A stretch of 49,422 nucleotides of DNA, taken from positions 1 through 49,422 of the IMG/VR virus record IMGVR_UViG_3300002101_000014; one strand, given 5' to 3'. The DNA comes from a virus. Lineage: Duplodnaviria; Caudoviricetes. Both the position numbers and the translations under genes were made by a program. The notes below the pieces were generated by a model that ran no database searches, was not told where the DNA came from, and worked only from the letters and a program-made list of their open reading frames with translations. Positions 44,870 to 49,422 of this stretch are shown piece by piece. The first letter of the stretch is position 1, and the number at the start of each line of letters is the position of its first letter.

Positions 44870-45151
44870 TTAAATTATATTTTCATCATTGGTTGTCCTA
44901 TTCTTTTTAGTCTCGATTTCTGTTATAATTTCTTCAAATACGTCTGTTGGCACCTGCTTCATAAAAAAACTAACATCCTCACCATATAAATCAGCTAGCT
45001 TTTTAATTGTTTCGGCTCTAGGATTTTTAGATATGCCATTCTCAAGTCTGTAAATTGTTGCCCTTGAAACATTCAACTTCGCAATAACCGTGTTAATACT
45101 TAGCCCTCTGTTTAGTCGAGCCAAGCTAATCTGTTGTGAATTAACTTTCAT
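44870..45151 (-). CDS. Cro-like XRE regulator with acidic C-terminal extension
   Basis: HTH ...LNVSRATIYRLENG...P....IKKLADLYG; first gene of lytic operon. Confidence 0.9.
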   Translation of the reverse strand: MKVNSQQISLARLNRGLSINTVIAKLNVSRATIYRLENGISKNPRAETIKKLADLYGEDVSFFMKQVPTDVFEEIITEIETKKNRTTNDENII

Positions 45152-45174
45152 GCGCTACACCTCCCATGTGAATT

Positions 45175-45332
45175 ATTATGTAACATTATGTTACATAAAA
45201 CAAACCCATTTGAACACCGTTATGGCAGATTATCTCTGTATTGCGCCAGTATTCGACTATTTGCTAAATGAAACGTATTGTTTCAATAAATTAATAAAAG
45301 TACTTGTAATGTTGCATTATGTTTCATATAAT
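45175..45332. promoter_or_regulatory. Lysis-lysogeny switch: divergent promoters and three operators
   Basis: ATGTAACATTATGTTACAT (45178-96), ATGAAACGTATTGTTTCAA (45268-86), ATGTTGCATTATGTTTCAT (45309-27); minus TTGTTT-17-CATAAT; plus TTGTAA-17-TATAAT. Confidence 0.8.
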
Positions 45333-45351
45333 ATATTAAGAGGTGATATAA

Positions 45352-45699
45352 TTGTTTGGTGATAAACTGAAAGAATATAGAAATAGCATAGGATTGACAC
45401 AGGAAGAACTAGCAAATAAAACAAAAATCAATAGGGCTTTAATAGGCATGATTGAAGCAGGTAATAGGCCTCCTTCACAAAGTGTTATTTTAAAATTAGC
45501 TGATTTTAGCAATAAGAGTATTGACTGGTGGTATGGAAAAGAAGATATAGAAAAGAAATGGCAAAGTCTAAATAATTTAGATATGTTAATTGATTATTTA
45601 ATAGAGCAAAATCTAATAAATAAAGATGGCACTATGGATAATAAGACTAAAAACTATTTATGGAAGATGTTGAATGCTGAAATTTTAAAGAAATTGTAG
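45352..45699 (+). CDS. CI-like XRE repressor
   Basis: LKEYR...GLTQEELA....INRALIGMIEAGNR.PS; no S24 peptidase domain. Confidence 0.9.
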   Translation: MFGDKLKEYRNSIGLTQEELANKTKINRALIGMIEAGNRPPSQSVILKLADFSNKSIDWWYGKEDIEKKWQSLNNLDMLIDYLIEQNLINKDGTMDNKTKNYLWKMLNAEILKKL

Positions 45700-45711
45700 A
45701 GGAATGATTAA

Positions 45712-47199
45712 ATGGACAAGATATGTATTTACTTGAGAAAGTCCAGAGCAGACGAAGAAATGGAGAAAACATTAGGACAAGGAGAAACCCTGTCAAAGCA
45801 TAGAAAAGCTTTATTGAAATTTGCAAAGGAAAAGCAATTAAATATAGTTGAGATAAAAGAAGAGATAGTATCTGGTGAAAGCTTATTTTTTAGACCAAAA
45901 ATGTTAGAGCTTTTAAAAGAAGTTGAGGAAAAGCTATATGAAGGTGTCCTTGTAATGGATATGCAGCGTTTAGGACGTGGAGACATGCAAGACCAAGGAA
46001 TGATATTAAAGACCTTTAAAAACTCTCATACGGCAATTATAACCCCACAGAAGACTTATGATCTGTCTAATGACTTTGATGAAGAATATAGTGAGTTTGA
46101 AGCCTTTATGAGTAGAAAAGAATTTAAAATGATTAATCGGAGGATGCAGGGTGGACGAGTAAGAAGTATAGAAGATGGTAACTACCTTTCTCCAATTCCT
46201 CCATTTGGGTATGATATAAATCAAATAGGTAGGAGCCGAACACTAAAGTTTAATGAAATAGAATCAAATATAGTTAAAATTATATTTAAGATGTATGTAG
46301 AAGGCTCTGGAGCTGGGAACATTAGCAAGTATCTAAATTCATTAGGGTATAAAAGTAAAACAGGAATATCCTTTGAAGGCAGCAGTATATTAAATATTCT
46401 GAAGAATCCAGTTTATATCGGGAAAGTGACATGGAAGAAGAAAGAAATAAAGAAATCTATTTCTCCAAACAAAATTAAAGATGCTAGAACTAGAGACATA
46501 TCAGAATGGATTATTGCAAAGGGAAAGCATGAAGCTTTAATCGATGAGGATACCTATTATAGAGCGCAAGAGATTTTAAAGGGCAGATATCATGTACCTT
46601 ATCAGATTATTAATGGAGCCGCTAACCCTTTGGCAGGTATTTTAATATGTTCCCTATGTGGAAATAAAATGGTACTGAGAAAATATAAGGTTGGGCTGCC
46701 CCATTTAATGTGCACGAAATGCGACAATAAAAGCAGTAGATTTGATTATGTTGAAGGTGCTATAATAAAAGCTTTAGAATCCTATCTAAAGACATCAGTT
46801 AATATTAAGCATGAAACACTTGATACTGGAAGCAATAAAAAGCAAATAGAAACACTCAATAGAGAATTAGTAACTTTGAATACTCAAAAAATTAAATTGT
46901 TTGATTTACTCGAGCAAGGAGTATATAGCAATGAGGTGTTTATTGAGAGATCAAATAACATCACCGATAGAATTGAAAGTATCGAAATTGAAGTTGGAAA
47001 GCAGAAAACTATAATTGAAATGCAAACCAAGAAATACCCTAACATTAATATAAAAAAAATAATAGATACCTATAAAATATCAAGTGATATAGTCCAGAAG
47101 AATGAACTATTGAAGAGTATATTATATAAAATAGAATATAAAAAATTAAAGACCCAAAAGGATAATGACTTTGAAATAAGGCTATTCCCCAAATTGTGA
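45712..47199 (+). CDS. Large serine recombinase (integrase)
   Basis: YLRKS catalytic Ser, D..RLGR, PFGY, ILKNPVYIG, HEALI, zinc ribbon CSLCG...CTKC, coiled coil. Confidence 0.95.
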   Translation: MDKICIYLRKSRADEEMEKTLGQGETLSKHRKALLKFAKEKQLNIVEIKEEIVSGESLFFRPKMLELLKEVEEKLYEGVLVMDMQRLGRGDMQDQGMILKTFKNSHTAIITPQKTYDLSNDFDEEYSEFEAFMSRKEFKMINRRMQGGRVRSIEDGNYLSPIPPFGYDINQIGRSRTLKFNEIESNIVKIIFKMYVEGSGAGNISKYLNSLGYKSKTGISFEGSSILNILKNPVYIGKVTWKKKEIKKSISPNKIKDARTRDISEWIIAKGKHEALIDEDTYYRAQEILKGRYHVPYQIINGAANPLAGILICSLCGNKMVLRKYKVGLPHLMCTKCDNKSSRFDYVEGAIIKALESYLKTSVNIKHETLDTGSNKKQIETLNRELVTLNTQKIKLFDLLEQGVYSNEVFIERSNNITDRIESIEIEVGKQKTIIEMQTKKYPNINIKKIIDTYKISSDIVQKNELLKSILYKIEYKKLKTQKDNDFEIRLFPKL

Positions 47200-47200
47200 T

Positions 47201-47252
47201 ATACGTATAACATGCAGAGGGCTATTCATTACCTTCATGGTGTTAGACATAT
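47201..47252. other. Putative att site (imperfect 52-bp inverted repeat)
   Basis: ATAcGTaTAACA....GAgGG-ctattcatta-CCtTC....TGTTAgACaTAT immediately after the integrase stop. Confidence 0.6.
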
Positions 47253-47359
47253 GCTAAGCGTATGCGGGCATTATCATTTATTTCATTCTCTATCTCGGCA
47301 ATAATTTCTTCAAATACTAATTCGGCATTAATAGAAACCTTATTTACTTCCTCGTCCAC
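47243..47359 (-). CDS. 38-aa acidic peptide (absent from ORF track)
   Basis: GGAAGGGAG RBS, GTG start; MDEEVNKVSINAELVFEEIIAEIENEINDNARIRLAYV. Confidence 0.55.
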   Translation of the reverse strand: MDEEVNKVSINAELVFEEIIAEIENEINDNARIRLAYV

Positions 47360-47407
47360 AATAATAATACTCCCTTCCATAATTTTATAATTATTATTCA
47401 TAATATA

Positions 47408-47471
47408 ATTATAATCCTAAATTGGTTCGAGGGGCTTCAACATTTCGACAAAACAACACTAAATATCGACA
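47408..47471 (-). promoter_or_regulatory. Spo0A-box promoter
   Basis: Minus TGTCGAT, TGTCGAA, TGTTGAA boxes; TTGAAG-21-TATAAT. Confidence 0.55.
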
Positions 47472-47483
47472 AACCATTAAATA

Positions 47484-47633
47484 TTATTTAGTTTTGTATT
47501 TAATAATTAAATCTTCTATAGCCTCATCAATTAACCTACTCATAGGAATCTTTGTTTTATCTGCAAGTTTCCTAAATTTTTTATCTAATTTTTTATCAAT
47601 AGAACTGCCTAACCTGACTCTATGTATAAGCAC
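47484..47633 (-). CDS. Ribbon-helix-helix protein (49 aa, absent from ORF track)
   Basis: RVRLGSSIDKKL...LADKTKIPMSRLIDEAIEDL..KY; GGGGTG RBS. Confidence 0.85.
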   Translation of the reverse strand: MLIHRVRLGSSIDKKLDKKFRKLADKTKIPMSRLIDEAIEDLIIKYKTK

Positions 47634-47653
47634 TATATCACCCCAATAAAATA

Positions 47654-47694
47654 ATTATATAAGTCACACAAGGTGCAGACAAGTCACATAAGGT
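47654..47694 (-). promoter_or_regulatory. RHH promoter with direct-repeat operators
   Basis: Minus TTGTCT-17-TATAAT; AAGTCACAyAAGGT at 47661 and 47681. Confidence 0.65.
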
Positions 47695-47764
47695 TATGAT
47701 ACCTACCAAGTGTCGCCTATGTACAGTTTGTAGGCTGTTTTAGTATAATTAGTTAGGTGATAGT

Positions 47765-47965
47765 ATGTATAAGCTTAAGATAAAAGAAATAAGACTATCA
47801 AGGGGATTGAAGCAATATGAGTTAGCTGAAATTTTAGGAATTAGCAAAAGTTTTTTATCTTATATTGAAAATGGTAAAAGTAACATTAAATTATCTCTGC
47901 TTTTAGATATTGCTTTAATCCTAGAAGTCCCTTTCCAAGAATTAGTTGAAACAGACAAAAAATAA
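47765..47965 (+). CDS. XRE family HTH regulator
   Basis: IKEIR...GLKQYELA..LGISKSFLSYIENGK. Confidence 0.9.
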   Translation: MYKLKIKEIRLSRGLKQYELAEILGISKSFLSYIENGKSNIKLSLLLDIALILEVPFQELVETDKK

Positions 47966-47998
47966 GCCCTAGAGATTTCTCCAAGGCTTATTTTTATT
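47957..47998. terminator. Bidirectional terminator
   Basis: AAAAATAAGCC...GGCTTATTTTT. Confidence 0.7.
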
Positions 47999-48007
47999 TA
48001 AGGTTAA

Positions 48008-48205
48008 TTATATAATCTTTACTATAACTACTGTTCCTATAATTGCTACCACTGGAAAGAAAAATAAAATACAGCATCCCATAGCTGCTCCAGCTTTTCC
48101 TTGTCTACCTGATCTAGACCAAGGGATCCCAGTAGCTTTAGATACTCTTCTTTTAGCTTTAGTTATTCCTAAAAACCTATTCCAACTAAATCCGCCTCTA
48201 TTCGT
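48008..48205 (-). pseudogene. 65-codon basic membrane protein gene with ACG in place of start codon
   Basis: AAGGTGG RBS then ACG; (M)NRGGFSWNRFLGITKAKRRVSKATGIPWSRSGRQ...hydrophobic tail; in-frame stop 7 codons upstream. Confidence 0.55.
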
Positions 48206-48375
48206 GATTTTACCACCTTGATTTTATTTTTTTACTTTTATAAATTTTATTCTATAAAATTTGCCAATTCCCTTTATTATTAGTACACTAAAGTAAAGGT
48301 TTACTGTTTATTAATCCACCGTCGAATTATTTATCGCTTTAAGATGAGATATATGAACTAAGGGGGAACGAATAT

Positions 48376-49197
48376 ATGGGTATTAATAAAATTAATGTAA
48401 TTATCGTAGACGACAATAGAGAGTTTTGTAATATTCTTAATGATTTTTTGTTAAATAAGGATGATATCAATGTAACTGGAATAGCAAAAGATGGAATCGA
48501 AGCTTTAAAATTAATTCAAGAGAATAAACCTGATTTAGTAATATTAGATATTATTATGCCTCATTTAGATGGATTAGGAGTTCTTGAAGAATTAGCTCAT
48601 ATAAACTTTCAGCCTATGCCAAGAATCATTATATTATCAGCAATAGGACAAGACAAAACTACTCAAAGAGCACTAGCATTAGGAGCGGATTATTATGTAA
48701 TTAAGCCTTTTGATTTAGATATCTTTATTAAAAGGGTTAGGGATATGTTTAATGACATTTTATCAAGCAATGAAGTTGAAAATGAAATTTTGCTCGATGA
48801 AATAAAAGAGCTTAAGCATGTACGTAAAACTATAAATCCACATGACCTAGAGATAGATATAACTAATATTATGCATGCAATTGGGATACCTGCTCATATA
48901 AGGGGTTATGCGTTTATAAGAGCGGCGATAATCTTGGTAGTTAATGATGTTAAGATTTTATCAGCAATTACAAAGGAGCTTTACCCTAATATAGCAAAAA
49001 AATATAATACCACTCCTAGCAGAGTCGAACGAGCTATCGGGCATGCCGTAGAAGTGGCTTGGGGAAGAGGACAAGTGGATACTATTAATAAGATTTTTGG
49101 TTATACGATTAACAATGGAAAGGCAAAGCCTACAAATAGCGAGTTCATTGCTATGGTTTCCGATAAAATAAGACTTAGTTATAAGATGGCTAATTAA
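48376..49197 (+). CDS. spo0A: Spo0A paralog (full length)
   Basis: Receiver [19 protein letters not shown]; effector [40 protein letters not shown]. Confidence 0.93.
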   Translation: MGINKINVIIVDDNREFCNILNDFLLNKDDINVTGIAKDGIEALKLIQENKPDLVILDIIMPHLDGLGVLEELAHINFQPMPRIIILSAIGQDKTTQRALALGADYYVIKPFDLDIFIKRVRDMFNDILSSNEVENEILLDEIKELKHVRKTINPHDLEIDITNIMHAIGIPAHIRGYAFIRAAIILVVNDVKILSAITKELYPNIAKKYNTTPSRVERAIGHAVEVAWGRGQVDTINKIFGYTINNGKAKPTNSEFIAMVSDKIRLSYKMAN

Positions 49198-49422
49198 GCT
49201 TCTTCTAAAAAATTTATAATTGGAGAATTAAACCCTTTTTATTTATTTTAATATTATGCTTTATATAAGGTCCATCTTAATGATATTATTTCAAACTTAA
49301 TCTCAAAGGTTTTAACAGCTCCATCAGTTAAGCTTTGGCACCGAAGGATCATTATATCTTTACTCTCAAGCTTATATCTTTATTTCTATTCTTATTGGCT
49401 ATTGTCAAAAATCGTTTTTCGT

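Larger units (their letters stand above)
1..47252 (-). mobile_element. Temperate siphophage / prophage (HK97-type head, serine integrase); continues beyond left edge, right boundary uncertain
   Basis: Ordered lysogeny, replication, packaging, head and tail modules; no holin or endolysin in window. Confidence 0.95.

Noticed and set aside
45352-47359. Arbitrium-type peptide signalling
   Set aside because: No TPR/RRNPP receptor gene, and the 38-aa peptide has no signal sequence
20141-47649. Antisense ORFs at 20141, 21905, 22137, 22294, 22581, 24229, 25791, 29005, 30766, 32622, 38303, 39581, 41266, 42142, 45090, 45729, 46006, 47422
   Set aside because: They overlap better-supported genes or regulatory DNA; 47422-47649 is the shadow of the RHH gene
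48376-49197. Canonical host spo0A locus marking the prophage edge
   Set aside because: No spoIVB upstream, divergent recognition helix, and mobile-looking neighbours
1-49422. CRISPR array, tRNA or rRNA genes
   Set aside because: No regularly spaced repeat-spacer series or cloverleaf noticed by eye; a tRNAscan/CRISPR scan was not run
49254-49422. Minus-strand coding fragments at the right edge (...EKRFLTIANKNRNKDISLRVKI*, MILRCQSLTDGAVKTFEI...)
   Set aside because: Truncated and interrupted; too little sequence to call

Overview
AT-rich window holding a nearly complete temperate siphophage of a spore-forming Clostridium. The host is inferred from the Spo0A homolog, the promoter types and the gene families. 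Almost all genes are on the minus strand. Reading from the right: large serine recombinase and cI/cro switch (44870-47199), antirepressor, AAA/Bet/MBL recombination module, replication initiator and DnaC-like loader, helicase plus N4/N6 methylase, RusA, and a C5-methylase / radical-SAM / PAPS-reductase-like cluster. These are followed by YopX, an ArpU/RinA-like late regulator, HNH and putative cos, terminase, HK97-type head, and a long non-contractile tail ending in a collar-domain fibre and its chaperone. The lysis module is not in the window. Three free-standing homing endonucleases and several morons are inserted. To the right of the integrase are a symmetric att-like inverted repeat, an unannotated 38-aa ORF behind a Spo0A-box promoter that shares a motif with the Cro C-terminus, RHH and HTH regulators, and a full-length Spo0A paralog with a substitution in its recognition helix. 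The best candidate for a new system is sporulation-coupled control of the recombinase/switch. The second is a clamp-tethered DNA-modification cluster. All product calls come from motif recognition by eye; no database searches were run.
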